Of a DNA stretch of 64,000 nucleotides, positions 25,660-36,110 are shown piece after piece; position 1 is the stretch's first letter; each line of letters opens with the position of its first letter. Position numbers and translations under genes: made by a program. Source of the stretch: Bacteroidales bacterium (lineage in GTDB: Bacteria > Bacteroidota > Bacteroidia > Bacteroidales > VadinHA17); contig JALONV010000004.1 of the NCBI GenBank assembly GCA_025454755.1, positions 2,594 through 66,593 on the forward strand. Direction: 5' to 3'. The notes beneath the pieces were generated by a model. That model ran no database searches, was not told the origin of the DNA, and saw only the letters and a program-made list of their open reading frames with translations.

Positions 25660-27096
25660 ATGATCAGAAAAAGAACCAAGATCGTAGCCACAATCTCAGA
25701 CAAGAACTGTGATCCGGGATTCATTCGCCAGCTTTATGAAGCCGGCATGGATGTGGTCAGGATAAACTCAGCCCACCTCGATATACAAGGCGCGTTGAAA
25801 ATAATGAAGAATGTCCGCGAAGTATCCGACAAGATTGCGATACTTGTTGATACCAAGGGACCTGAGATCCGCACTACCATCTGCGATGCCCCGATGAACA
25901 TTAAAAAAGGGAAGATATACAAGCTGACCGGAGATCCGGGGAAGAAATCGACTGTTGACTCTATAAATGTAAGTCTCAAAAGCTTTGCACAGGATGTGCC
26001 TCTGGGATCGCTCATTCTGATTGACGACGGAGAGATCGAGATGAAGGTTTTGAGAAAGGAGAAGAATTCCCTCTTCTGCAAAGCCGACAATGACGGCACT
26101 ATCGGATCAAGAAAAAGCGTGAACATACCCGGGGTGAAGATTGCACTGCCATCGCTGACGGAAAAAGACAGGGAGTTCCTGAAGATGGCAGCAAAAAATG
26201 ATGTCGACTTCATTGCTCACTCCTTTGTAAGATCGAAACAGGATGTGCTTGATGTACAGGACGAACTGGATAAATACAACAGCCAGATCAAGATAATTGC
26301 TAAAATAGAGAACCAGGAAGGTGTTGATAATCTTGCCGATATCATCGATGTCGTTTATGGCATCATGGTTGCCAGGGGCGATCTTGCCATAGAGATCCCA
26401 TATGAAAAGATACCTCCGATACAGAAAATGATCATATCAAGATGCATCTTCTGCCGGAAACCTGTTATAGTGGCTACCCAGATGCTCCATTCGATGATCA
26501 CTAATCCGCGTCCGACAAGAGCTGAAGTAAGTGATATAGCCAGCGCTATTTATTCGCAAACTGATGCAATAATGCTTAGCGGCGAGACAGCAAATGGGAA
26601 ATACCCGGTTGAAGCTGTCAGGACGATGACCAAGGTTGCCCTTGAAGTCGAAAATAACAAGGAGAAATTCCTTGAGACACCCTACCTGAATGTTACAGGA
26701 GAGATTTCCTCTTACCTGGCCAAGGTTGCCGTAAAGACCTCCTTGAGAATATCTGCAAAAGCAATAATTGCAGATACGACCGGCGGGAGGACGATCAAGG
26801 ATATGGCTTCCTTCAGGGGGTACAACCTGATACTCGCCCAATGTTATTCAACAAGGACTATGAGGGAACTGGCTCTGTCATACGGCGTCTATACAAACTA
26901 CCAGGAGAAGAGGAATTCTGTAGACGAGTTTATTCATATCGCCTTGAAAAACCTGACCAAAGCCCATGATCTTAAAGGAAATGAGATCGTTGTTGTGCTG
27001 GCAGGAAATTTTTCGGGAGGATCCGGATTCTCATTCATTGAAGTAGGAACAGTGCAATATCTGAAGGACCGGGTTACTATTAAAGAAGATCATTGA
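25660..27096 (+). CDS. pyk: Pyruvate kinase
   Basis: KRTKIVATI, MDVVRINSAH, DTKGPEIR, MVARGDLAIEIP and TQMLHSM motifs. The start is trimmed to the ATG at 25660. Confidence 0.92.
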   Translation: MIRKRTKIVATISDKNCDPGFIRQLYEAGMDVVRINSAHLDIQGALKIMKNVREVSDKIAILVDTKGPEIRTTICDAPMNIKKGKIYKLTGDPGKKSTVDSINVSLKSFAQDVPLGSLILIDDGEIEMKVLRKEKNSLFCKADNDGTIGSRKSVNIPGVKIALPSLTEKDREFLKMAAKNDVDFIAHSFVRSKQDVLDVQDELDKYNSQIKIIAKIENQEGVDNLADIIDVVYGIMVARGDLAIEIPYEKIPPIQKMIISRCIFCRKPVIVATQMLHSMITNPRPTRAEVSDIASAIYSQTDAIMLSGETANGKYPVEAVRTMTKVALEVENNKEKFLETPYLNVTGEISSYLAKVAVKTSLRISAKAIIADTTGGRTIKDMASFRGYNLILAQCYSTRTMRELALSYGVYTNYQEKRNSVDEFIHIALKNLTKAHDLKGNEIVVVLAGNFSGGSGFSFIEVGTVQYLKDRVTIKEDH

Positions 27097-27145
27097 TTGG
27101 TCTGATTTTTGTGGCATTACAGAGGCCCTGAACTGAATAATAATA

Positions 27146-27655
27146 ATGGTAAACATCCTTGCCTTTTCAATATGGCTTTTCTTTCACCCCGTTCATGTCA
27201 CTCTTACCAGCATTGATCAGGTCAGGGGGAATGATTCCCTGAAGGTTTTTGTAAAGATGTATTATGACGATTTTCTGCTGGATTACATACTTTTCGACAG
27301 CAGTAACGAGACAGTGAAGGCGCTGACAGTTAACCAGCTTATTCCTGAGGCCCTGATGAACAATTATATCAGTGAAAAAGTTACTATAATTGTAAACAAT
27401 AAAGAGCTGAAAGGAAAGTTATTAAACCTGGATCTGGAGGATAACGAAGTAAGAGTTAATTTGCTCTACAGATCGGTCAGAAAGCCGAAAGTAATTACGG
27501 TCAGAAATTGTATAATGACCGAACTGTATGCCGACCAGGCGAATATGATGATTGTACATGTAAATGATTTTGAAGAAGGGATAAAACTGACGCAGGTGAG
27601 CAAAGAGCAGACCTTCAACCTGAAAAGAAAGCAGAAGAGGGAGACAGAGAAATGA
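27146..27655 (+). CDS. Small hypothetical protein of the Bacteroidota family with the HP(V/I)H(V/I) N-terminal motif
   Basis: A 169-aa protein with an N-terminal hydrophobic segment then HPVHVTLTSIDQ. I believe this family is catalogued as a DUF (possibly DUF6702), but I cannot verify that here. Confidence 0.55.
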   Translation: MVNILAFSIWLFFHPVHVTLTSIDQVRGNDSLKVFVKMYYDDFLLDYILFDSSNETVKALTVNQLIPEALMNNYISEKVTIIVNNKELKGKLLNLDLEDNEVRVNLLYRSVRKPKVITVRNCIMTELYADQANMMIVHVNDFEEGIKLTQVSKEQTFNLKRKQKRETEK

Positions 27656-30237
27656 AGAGATTATTGGTCCTATTACTTTTTGTTCTGAATATTTTCACTC
27701 TTTCGGCAACTCATAACAGGGCCGGTGAAATAACTTATGAACAGAAGTCTGATCTTACCTACGAGATAACTATAACCACTTTCACTTATACATTAAGTCT
27801 GGCTGACAGGCCGGAACTGGACGTAGACTGGGGCGACAATTCGATCTCTACTGCTTCGAGGATCAGCAAGGTGATCCTTCCCAACTATTACCAGAGGAAT
27901 ATTTATAAGATCAGGCACACGTTCCCCGGCCCCGGCGCCTATAAGATAGTGGTGCAGGATCCCAACAGGAATTACGGAGTCAAGAATATTCCCAACTCAG
28001 TGAATGTTGTGTTCTCTATCTCAACGCTACTTATTGTAAATCCGGCTATGGGATTGAACAATACGCCGGTGCTTCTGAATCCGCCTTATGATAAGGCAGC
28101 ACTGGGGTATGTGTTCATTCATAATCCGGCTGCCTATGATCCTGACGGCGACTCACTCTCATACAAGCTGACTGTCTGCACGCGTGAAGATGGAAAACCA
28201 ATTGAGAATTATACCCTGCCGCCGGCAACACAATTCATTCGTGTTGATTCAGTTTCAGGCGACCTTATCTGGAACACGCCTGCAGATACCGGAATTTACA
28301 ACGTTGCGATGGAGATACAGGAGTGGAGGAACGGCAAAAAAATCGGAACTGTAGTGCGCGATATGCAGATAGAAGTCTTTGTGACAAGTAATAAGCCTCC
28401 CGTCAATGGTCCGCTTAAAGATTTGTGTGTTGAGGTCGGAGAAAGCGTCGATTTCATTGTTTCGGCATCCGACGCAAATAATGACAGGATTTCCCTGAGG
28501 GCAACATCAGGCATCTTCGGCATTGCAAATTGCCCGGCCGACTTTATCGGCATCGATTCGGTAAAGGGATCATCTCACTCAAGATTCGTCTGGACTCCGT
28601 GTCATGAAGCAGTTAGAACACAGCCATATAATATTATTTTCAAGGCTGATGATGATAATGCTGAACTGAAACTTTCGGATATCGACAACATGACAATAAA
28701 AGTGCTCGGTCCTTCTCCACAGCTTCTCAATGCAGTTGCAAGAGGGAATTCAATTGAATTGTCATGGGCAAATTACGGTACAACGGCAATAGCCGGATTC
28801 AATATTTACAGGAGAGAGGAAGGATCTCCTTTTACAATCGACTCCTGTACATCAGGCATACCTTCATCGACAGGATTTGTCAGAGTCGGATTTGCCAGCG
28901 GGAGCTCTTCAGTTACTTTTACAGATAATAATAACGGATCCGGACTTGAACTGGGCAAGGAATATTTCTACCGGATCTGTGCAGTATATAAAAATGGGAC
29001 TGAAAGCAAGTCCTCCAACGAAAGGAATTCAACCCTCGTATCAGGAATCCCGGTTATAAGGAATGTCAGCGTTACTGCCACGGATGCTGATAACGGGTCA
29101 ATCTACCTGGCATGGCAAAAACCTGATACTGTTACTCCTCCGTTTGAATACCGCATCTACCGTGCGCGGGGAATCGCAGGTACTGATTTCAAAAATATTG
29201 CAACACTTATCACCAGCAACCCCAATGATACCATTTTTGTTGATAATGGAATGAATACGAGGGATTCCGGTTACATATACAATATCTCCTTAAGGAGTAA
29301 ATATCAGATGTTTGTGGATTCTTCCTATGCATCTTCAGTGTTCATTAATTTAACTCCCGGTGATGAAAAAACCAGATTCATCATAAACAGGAATGTTCCA
29401 TGGGTAAACTTCCGTTATGATATCTTCAGGTACAATAATGTTGCCGGCAAGTATGATTCAGTTGGAAGTACCACCGGGATAACATATGTTGATGAAAACC
29501 TTCAGAATGGTATTCAGTATTGTTACTATGTGAGATCAGCTGGGGAATATGCAGATATCGGTATGCCAAAGAACATTATTAATCTTTCACAGACAGCCTG
29601 TTCAACCCCTGTCGACAATGAACCTCCATGTGTTCCGGAAATAACTGTAACGAGCCAGTGCGACAGTATGTACAACACTATAAACTGGAGCTTTAATGAT
29701 CCGGCCTGTCTGGATGATGTTGCAGGGTATAAGATTTTCTATAAAGAATATTATGGCAGTAATCTAGACAGCATTTATACTGAGACCAATAAGAATATCT
29801 TTAGCTATATTCATGATTCGCTTGAAGTCGTTGCTGCGTGCTATGCAGTATCAGCATACGATTCCCTTGGTAATGAAAGCGAAAAGTCTCTGATGGTTTG
29901 TATTGATTCATGCAGCTACCCCTATGAAATACCAAATGTCTTCACACCAAATAATGACACTTATAATGACAGGCTGTTAGCAAAAACCTCAGGTCTTGTA
30001 GAAAGTGTCGATTTCAAGTTGTTCAATAGAAGCGGACTGCTTGTTTTCAGCACCGATAATCCAAGAATTGACTGGGATGGAACCTATAAGGGAAAAGTAG
30101 TTTCTCCCGGTGTCTATTTCTATCAGTGCGATGTTTTTGAAAATCGTCTTGGAGGTCCTGTGACCACCCATAAAACGGGTTTTGTCCATGTGATAACCGA
30201 AGAAGGAGTTAAAGTTAAACCGCAGGAGACTAAATGA
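27652..30237 (+). CDS. T9SS type B sorting domain (gliding-motility-associated C-terminal domain) surface protein
   Basis: A signal peptide is followed by ATHNRAGEITYE. The C-terminus IPNVFTPNNDTYNDRL...FKLFNRSGLLVF...WDGTYKGKVVSPGVYFY is the type B CTD pattern. Confidence 0.8.
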   Translation: MKRLLVLLLFVLNIFTLSATHNRAGEITYEQKSDLTYEITITTFTYTLSLADRPELDVDWGDNSISTASRISKVILPNYYQRNIYKIRHTFPGPGAYKIVVQDPNRNYGVKNIPNSVNVVFSISTLLIVNPAMGLNNTPVLLNPPYDKAALGYVFIHNPAAYDPDGDSLSYKLTVCTREDGKPIENYTLPPATQFIRVDSVSGDLIWNTPADTGIYNVAMEIQEWRNGKKIGTVVRDMQIEVFVTSNKPPVNGPLKDLCVEVGESVDFIVSASDANNDRISLRATSGIFGIANCPADFIGIDSVKGSSHSRFVWTPCHEAVRTQPYNIIFKADDDNAELKLSDIDNMTIKVLGPSPQLLNAVARGNSIELSWANYGTTAIAGFNIYRREEGSPFTIDSCTSGIPSSTGFVRVGFASGSSSVTFTDNNNGSGLELGKEYFYRICAVYKNGTESKSSNERNSTLVSGIPVIRNVSVTATDADNGSIYLAWQKPDTVTPPFEYRIYRARGIAGTDFKNIATLITSNPNDTIFVDNGMNTRDSGYIYNISLRSKYQMFVDSSYASSVFINLTPGDEKTRFIINRNVPWVNFRYDIFRYNNVAGKYDSVGSTTGITYVDENLQNGIQYCYYVRSAGEYADIGMPKNIINLSQTACSTPVDNEPPCVPEITVTSQCDSMYNTINWSFNDPACLDDVAGYKIFYKEYYGSNLDSIYTETNKNIFSYIHDSLEVVAACYAVSAYDSLGNESEKSLMVCIDSCSYPYEIPNVFTPNNDTYNDRLLAKTSGLVESVDFKLFNRSGLLVFSTDNPRIDWDGTYKGKVVSPGVYFYQCDVFENRLGGPVTTHKTGFVHVITEEGVKVKPQETK

Positions 30238-31451
30238 TGAAAAGCAAAACACTGGTATTTATCTTTACTTTCTTTCTGACCGCCTTTACATCAGGCCAGT
30301 CAACCTATGATCTGCTGCTAAAGGCCAAAGCATTTAATGATACAGGCAGTCCCGTTATGGCTGTTGAGCTTCTGAATGTGTCATCTGCCGTCCCGACCGA
30401 CAGCAGGCTGTTGACGGTGAGAGCTGAAGCAAAACTTCTGATAGGCGACTTTCAGGGTGCCATAAGTGATTTCAACTCTGCAAATAAAATAACGCAGTAT
30501 TCAGGTGAATACGGACTTGCAAGGGTCTATGCCATTAAAGGAGATGCCGCTACTGCACTCTACCATCTGGAGATCAATATGAAATCCTCATTCAGGAAAA
30601 GCGAAAAGGAGATCATGCTCGATCCTGCTTTCGCTAAGATTGAGAACAAACCGGAGTGGCGTCTTTTCTGGAAGAAGGAATGGTACAGCGTTGCCGACAG
30701 AAAGTTATCGGAAGTGGAATTTTATGTAAGAGCCGGCAATGTTGATGAAGCAAGATCTGTTACGGCTGAACTTGAAAGGGACTACCCCGGCAATCACTCC
30801 TCAGTATATGCCGGTGCACTGGTAAAAAACTCCTCAGGGAGATATGGCGAGGCTGTAAAATCGTTATCGGACCTGGTTGCCGCGGAACCTGACAATGAAC
30901 AATATCTGAGAGCTCTTGCTTCTGCGCAGATTGCCGGATCGAATCCTTCAGGAGCATCAGAGACCTATTCAAAGCTAATAAGCATGGAGATCCCGGATGC
31001 GGAACTGTTACTGCTTCGCGCAGAATGCTACCGCAAAACAGGGGAGAGAGAGAAGGCAATAGCTGACATTAAGAAATACCTGTCATTCTATCCTGAAAGC
31101 AAAGCCGCGTTAAGCCTTGCAGGAAAAACAGAATCTGCATCAGGCAACAGCCTTAAGGCGCTGGAATATCTTTCCGAAAACCTCAGACTTCATCCCAACG
31201 ATCCTGAATGTTATATTGACCGTGGCAACTCATATTTCATGTCAAAATCGTGGCAATGGGCAATCAATGATTACAGCATGTCGCTTGACCTCGATCCAAA
31301 CAATTCTGATGCATGGCTAAGCAAGGGTATTTCGCTGGTAAATTCCGGTAAAACAGAAGATGCATGCCATGATTTCAGGAGATCATTCGCCCTCGGGAAC
31401 AAGAAGGCAACAGAATATATCAGCAAATACTGTTTATCTCACATGTTTTAA
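30234..31451 (+). CDS. Exported tetratricopeptide (TPR) repeat protein
   Basis: A signal peptide is followed by several TPR-like units (AISDFNSANKI, AIADIKKYLSFYPES, AINDYSMSLDLDPNNSDAW). There is a 4-nt overlap with the upstream gene. Confidence 0.75.
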   Translation: MMKSKTLVFIFTFFLTAFTSGQSTYDLLLKAKAFNDTGSPVMAVELLNVSSAVPTDSRLLTVRAEAKLLIGDFQGAISDFNSANKITQYSGEYGLARVYAIKGDAATALYHLEINMKSSFRKSEKEIMLDPAFAKIENKPEWRLFWKKEWYSVADRKLSEVEFYVRAGNVDEARSVTAELERDYPGNHSSVYAGALVKNSSGRYGEAVKSLSDLVAAEPDNEQYLRALASAQIAGSNPSGASETYSKLISMEIPDAELLLLRAECYRKTGEREKAIADIKKYLSFYPESKAALSLAGKTESASGNSLKALEYLSENLRLHPNDPECYIDRGNSYFMSKSWQWAINDYSMSLDLDPNNSDAWLSKGISLVNSGKTEDACHDFRRSFALGNKKATEYISKYCLSHMF

Positions 31452-34259
31452 AATTCTTGAGAACAGATCGTGCGGCTTAAATGGTTTCAGAACATAATCA
31501 TTGATGTTCAGTTGATCGATCTTATCATGATTTTCTGACATTATAGCTGCTGTAAGGGCAACGATAGGGATTGAACATATCTCCGGATTTAGAGAATTCC
31601 TGATTATCCTTGTGGCTTCTATGCCATCCATAACAGGCATGTGCAGGTCCATTAGAATAAGGTCAAAGTCATTTTCATCAAGCATATCAAGTGCCAGCTG
31701 TCCGTTTTCGGCATGAGATACTATTACTCCCCATCCGATGAGGAATTTATTTGCTACAAAGAAATTGATCTTATTATCTTCGGCCACAAGAATGCGTTTT
31801 CCTTCAAGTCCTTTGTATGATTCAGCTGATTCTGCAAACTGATCTTTGGAAGCTTTTTCAGAAACCGTAAAGGTAAGAACGAAAGTGAATGTTGATCCCT
31901 GGCCTGGTTCGCTTTCCAGATTTAATTTGCCATTCTGCAGTTCAATCAGTTTTTTGCATATTGCCAGTCCCAGACCTGATCCTCCGAATCGCCGTGCTGT
32001 GTCAGGTGACGCCTGGGTAAAGCTTTCAAATACTTCAGATTGTTTCTCCTTCGGGATTCCGATTCCTGTATCATGAACCGAGAATTCCAATTTTGACTGA
32101 CTCTCTTTTCTCTCGAGTTCCCTGATCGTTACTGTAATTCCACCCTGAGCCGTGAATTTAAGAGCATTTGAAAGAAGATTTGATAGGATCTGGTTCAATC
32201 TTATCTGGTCCCCGATAACCTCGGCAGGCAGATTGCCATCTTTTTTTATTTCGAATGAAAGATTCTTGGCCTTTGAACGGAATGAATAGGACCGCATTAT
32301 TTCGTCCAGGAAGTCGTTCATGTTAAACTGTACCTGTTCAAAGATGATCTTGCCCGATTCCATCTTGTTATAATCAAGCACATCATTGACAAGTGTAAGC
32401 AGATGGTTCCCTGAGAACCTGAGAGTCTTAATGTAATCCATCTGGTCCTCGCGCGGATTTCCCTGAAGAAGTAGATTGGTAATGCCGATAACTTCATTCA
32501 GCGGAGTTCTTATCTCGTGGCTCATCGTCGACATGAAGATCTGTTTGGATTGTGCTGCTTCTTCAGCTCTCTGGCGGGCGACGATCATGTTGTCCATCAT
32601 AATTCTCCGCTGTATGGCGATTGCGATCTGGTTGGCAATGAAATTCAGAACGTACAGGTCGTCATGCGAAAACTTGTCTGCGTCGTTATAGTCCTGAAGA
32701 CACATGATCCCGATGATGTTATTTTCAACCTTCAGAGGCACTCCCATCCAAACCTTGCATGGCGTGCCGACAAGGTCAATATCTCCTGATTCCTCAAGCG
32801 TCTTCAGATCCTCCTCCTTGAGGAGCACGGACTTATTGTTCTTTATCACATAGCCGGAAATTGTGCCTTTTGTAGGTATCTCATAGAACTTATCCTTTTC
32901 ATCAGCGAAAAAAGGAAGCGACATTGTATCAGAAGTCTTGTCGTACAGGGCAATGAAGAAGTTATTTGTATCCCATATCTTGCTGAGCTCATGCACGATG
33001 GTAGGATAGATCTCCTTAATGTCCATCTGCTTCAGTGCAGCTGATGATATATTATATAGTATCTCCTGGAGTAGCTGGTTTTTCCTTTCCGAAGTAATGT
33101 TCCTGTAGATCCCGACATTGGCGATAGGTTCATCATTGACGAAAATGGTGGTTGCAATAAGCTGAACCTCAAACCGGTTACCGAATTTATCTTTCCTGAT
33201 GGTCTGTTTGACCACCTTGCGTTGTTCCGATGAGAGCTTTTCGATTGTTACAGCTTCGTCCATCAGGTCTTCAGGAACAACCAGGCTGTCGATCATCTTG
33301 TTTGAAGCTTCCTCGTAAGTGTAACCGAAGAGTGTTGTAAACTCCTTATTGACCATTGATATTTTACCATCCAGACCGGTTATGGCAATAGCCTCAGGCG
33401 TGGAATCTATCAGATGCTCGAGAAATGCTTTTTCCCTTACAATCTGTTCCTCATATTTTCTGTGTTTGCTCAGATCTGTTATTGTGCCTCTATAGCCGAT
33501 CTTTACTCCATTATGAAAAACTGCAAACGAGTGAGTAACAATCGGGGACATGGTACCATCTTTCTTTCTGAAATAGTATTCATTGCTTGCCACCTGTCCT
33601 GGTTCTTTCAAAGAAAACAGATTCGCCGCCATATTCTGGTAGCTGTCCGGGAAAACATCCCTGATGTAAAGACCTTTCTCAATTTGCTCCTCAGTTATAC
33701 CGAAAATGTCCAGCCCAAGCTTATTGCCATAGGTTATTTTCCCGTTCAGATCAACCTCGTACATTATGACCGGGAGCATTTCTGAGAATTTCTGAAGCAC
33801 GAGGGACTGCCTGGTGAGGTCATCTTTGGACTTCTGCTCATAACCCGGCTCCCATGTTATGACAATGTTCCCTGAAGTAAGAATGAATCCTATGTAATAA
33901 CCCTCCGAGTCATCACCCTGCTCAGAAGCTGCCAGCTTATGAGCTGCCCTGGTAACCTTTATATGATTGAGGAGCTCGATAAGCTTCACCCTTTTTGCCA
34001 GAGGCGTATCGGTAATGCATTTACCAATTACCTCATTCTTATGAATGAATTCGACCTCTTCGACTTTAGCGTTAATGTCTTTGATGTATATCCTGCCATC
34101 ATCTCCTGTTTTGAAAAGCGCCAGGTAAGCGCTGACAGTATCGAATATCTCAGCCAGAACATTCGCTTTGCTTTTTGTCCCTGATCGCAATCCCCTGACC
34201 TCACCTTCAAGTTCCTTGATCTTTGCTTCCAGCTCCTTGTTTCTCTCTTTTAAATTCAT
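31434..34259 (-). CDS. Hybrid sensor histidine kinase/response regulator (coiled coil, PAS, GAF, HisKA, HATPase_c, receiver)
   Basis: H-box MSHEIRTPLN, N/G boxes LLSNALKFT and DTGIGI...GGSGLGLAICK, and a C-terminal receiver ILVAEDNKIN...DLILMDLHMPVMDG...LKP. Confidence 0.9.
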   Translation of the reverse strand: MNLKERNKELEAKIKELEGEVRGLRSGTKSKANVLAEIFDTVSAYLALFKTGDDGRIYIKDINAKVEEVEFIHKNEVIGKCITDTPLAKRVKLIELLNHIKVTRAAHKLAASEQGDDSEGYYIGFILTSGNIVITWEPGYEQKSKDDLTRQSLVLQKFSEMLPVIMYEVDLNGKITYGNKLGLDIFGITEEQIEKGLYIRDVFPDSYQNMAANLFSLKEPGQVASNEYYFRKKDGTMSPIVTHSFAVFHNGVKIGYRGTITDLSKHRKYEEQIVREKAFLEHLIDSTPEAIAITGLDGKISMVNKEFTTLFGYTYEEASNKMIDSLVVPEDLMDEAVTIEKLSSEQRKVVKQTIRKDKFGNRFEVQLIATTIFVNDEPIANVGIYRNITSERKNQLLQEILYNISSAALKQMDIKEIYPTIVHELSKIWDTNNFFIALYDKTSDTMSLPFFADEKDKFYEIPTKGTISGYVIKNNKSVLLKEEDLKTLEESGDIDLVGTPCKVWMGVPLKVENNIIGIMCLQDYNDADKFSHDDLYVLNFIANQIAIAIQRRIMMDNMIVARQRAEEAAQSKQIFMSTMSHEIRTPLNEVIGITNLLLQGNPREDQMDYIKTLRFSGNHLLTLVNDVLDYNKMESGKIIFEQVQFNMNDFLDEIMRSYSFRSKAKNLSFEIKKDGNLPAEVIGDQIRLNQILSNLLSNALKFTAQGGITVTIRELERKESQSKLEFSVHDTGIGIPKEKQSEVFESFTQASPDTARRFGGSGLGLAICKKLIELQNGKLNLESEPGQGSTFTFVLTFTVSEKASKDQFAESAESYKGLEGKRILVAEDNKINFFVANKFLIGWGVIVSHAENGQLALDMLDENDFDLILMDLHMPVMDGIEATRIIRNSLNPEICSIPIVALTAAIMSENHDKIDQLNINDYVLKPFKPHDLFSRILKHVR

Positions 34260-34349
34260 CAGGCAGTTAATGATATTTCAGGAGTAAAAATAACAAATAA
34301 TGCACTATTAAAGTTATTACATTAATCAAATCAGGCTTACGGGAGAAAA

Positions 34350-34991
34350 TTATTTTCTTCTAGCATAGTACTTGCATAAATCTGTGAGTCCGCACTGATC
34401 GCATAATGGATTTCTTGCCCTGCAAATGTATCTTCCATGCAGCAGAAGCCAGTGATGAGCCTGATGAATCAGTTCCCCCGGGATATGTCTGGTGAGCTGA
34501 AGCTCAGCGCTTAAGGGGGTTCTTGCATTTATAGTGAGTCCAATCCTTTGCGAGACCCTGAATACATGAGTATCAACGGCCATAACCGGTTTCCTGAATA
34601 CAACAGATGCAACAACATTGGCAGTCTTTCGTCCCACTCCGGGAAGTCTTTGAAGCAGAACAGGATCAGAAGGCACCTTCCCGTTGAATTCTTCCACCAG
34701 CATCCTGGCCATTCCCGACAGATGCCTGGCTTTATTGTTCGGATAGGAGCAGGATTTAATGTGTTCCAGTATCTCTGATGGTTCCGCCTCTGACATTGCT
34801 CTGGCATCAGGAAACCTTTTCATCAGCGCCGGAGTTATCATATTGACCCGCTTATCAGTACATTGCGCAGAGAGAATTACTGCGACAATCAGCTCAAAGG
34901 GATCTTCATAGACCAGTTCTGTTTCAGCAATTGGCCTGTTTATCCTGAAATACTCAATAGTCTTTTCGTATCTCTCCTTCAGAGTCATCAT
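34350..34991 (-). CDS. nth: Endonuclease III
   Basis: ILSAQCTDKRVN, the HhH-GPD motif LPGVGRKTANVV, and the C-terminal 4-Cys cluster CRARNPLCDQCGLTDLC. Confidence 0.92.
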   Translation of the reverse strand: MMTLKERYEKTIEYFRINRPIAETELVYEDPFELIVAVILSAQCTDKRVNMITPALMKRFPDARAMSEAEPSEILEHIKSCSYPNNKARHLSGMARMLVEEFNGKVPSDPVLLQRLPGVGRKTANVVASVVFRKPVMAVDTHVFRVSQRIGLTINARTPLSAELQLTRHIPGELIHQAHHWLLLHGRYICRARNPLCDQCGLTDLCKYYARRK

Positions 34992-35066
34992 TTATCGAAA
35001 TGCAGGGTGTTAAGGTAATGATTTTTATAAGGGATTTTATACCTTTAACGGCTTAAAAGATATATT

Positions 35067-36107
35067 TTGAAGAGGATCATCATAAATACTCCCGATTCAC
35101 TGTCAGCTATTCTGATAGGCGCCAGGTGGGAAGCTGTAACGAAATTACTTCCCCAAAATGGTGTTGCTGTTCTCACCGATAATAATCTATATAAACTCTA
35201 TGGAGAACGTTTTCCGGGTTATCCTGTCATAATAATAAAACCGGGGGAGGAGAGCAAACAGCTGAGCATGATTGAAAAGCTGGCAGGCGAGCTTATGAAA
35301 AAAGGCATCGACCGTACCGGCTTTATTCTCGCAATAGGAGGAGGAGTTGTATGTGATGTTGCAGGCTTCCTGGCATCTGTTTATCTCCGGGGTATTAAGT
35401 GCGGGTATGTATCAACAAGCCTTCTCTCCCAGGTAGATGCCAGCACAGGAGGCAAAACGGGAGTGAACCTTGGCATGATAAAAAATGTGATCGGCACTTT
35501 CAGCCAGCCCGAATTTGTCATATGCGATACTACTATGCTGAGAACCCTTCCTGAAGATGAATACATGTCGGGCCTTGCAGAGCTTATTAAAACAGGGCTG
35601 ATAGGAGACAAGACTATTATAGATACTCTTGAAAACAATTACCCTGCAATAATCAGCAGGGACAGGGATCTCCTTGCGGATCTTGTTTACAGGTCGGTCA
35701 GGTTTAAAGCCGGCGTGGTCGCTAAGGATGAAAAAGAGTCCGGTCTGCGGCGAATACTGAATTTCGGCCATACATTCGGACATGCTGTTGAGCTTCATCA
35801 GGGTGTCAAACATGGATTTGCTGTTGCTGCAGGCATGGAATTGGCAACGCTCTTTTCGTACAGTAAAAGCTTTATAAAGAAGGAAGAATGCGAGAGGATA
35901 ATCGGTCTGCTGAAGAAATATAACCTGACAAAAGATTTTAAAATGTCTGCCGGCAAGGTCAGGAAACTTATACTGCATGATAAGAAAAAAGCGGGGGACG
36001 AAATCCATTTTGTCTTCATTGCAGGGATAGGCAAAGCAAAAGTAAACAAGCTTCCGGTCGATGAGATAGTTGATTTTTACCGGCATTGTAAAAGCACAAA
36101 TATGTAG
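35067..36107 (+). CDS. aroB: 3-dehydroquinate synthase
   Basis: IGGGVVCDVAGFLASVYLRG, DASTGGKTGVN, LNFGHTFGHAVE. It has a non-ATG start in the track, so the exact start is uncertain. Confidence 0.85.
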   Translation: MKRIIINTPDSLSAILIGARWEAVTKLLPQNGVAVLTDNNLYKLYGERFPGYPVIIIKPGEESKQLSMIEKLAGELMKKGIDRTGFILAIGGGVVCDVAGFLASVYLRGIKCGYVSTSLLSQVDASTGGKTGVNLGMIKNVIGTFSQPEFVICDTTMLRTLPEDEYMSGLAELIKTGLIGDKTIIDTLENNYPAIISRDRDLLADLVYRSVRFKAGVVAKDEKESGLRRILNFGHTFGHAVELHQGVKHGFAVAAGMELATLFSYSKSFIKKEECERIIGLLKKYNLTKDFKMSAGKVRKLILHDKKKAGDEIHFVFIAGIGKAKVNKLPVDEIVDFYRHCKSTNM

Positions 36108-36110
36108 CCT

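Noticed and set aside
31434-31451. An 18-nt overlap of the convergent 3' ends of the TPR gene and the hybrid histidine kinase gene
   Set aside because: Short convergent overlaps are common and need no special explanation. No hairpin or regulatory feature is visible.
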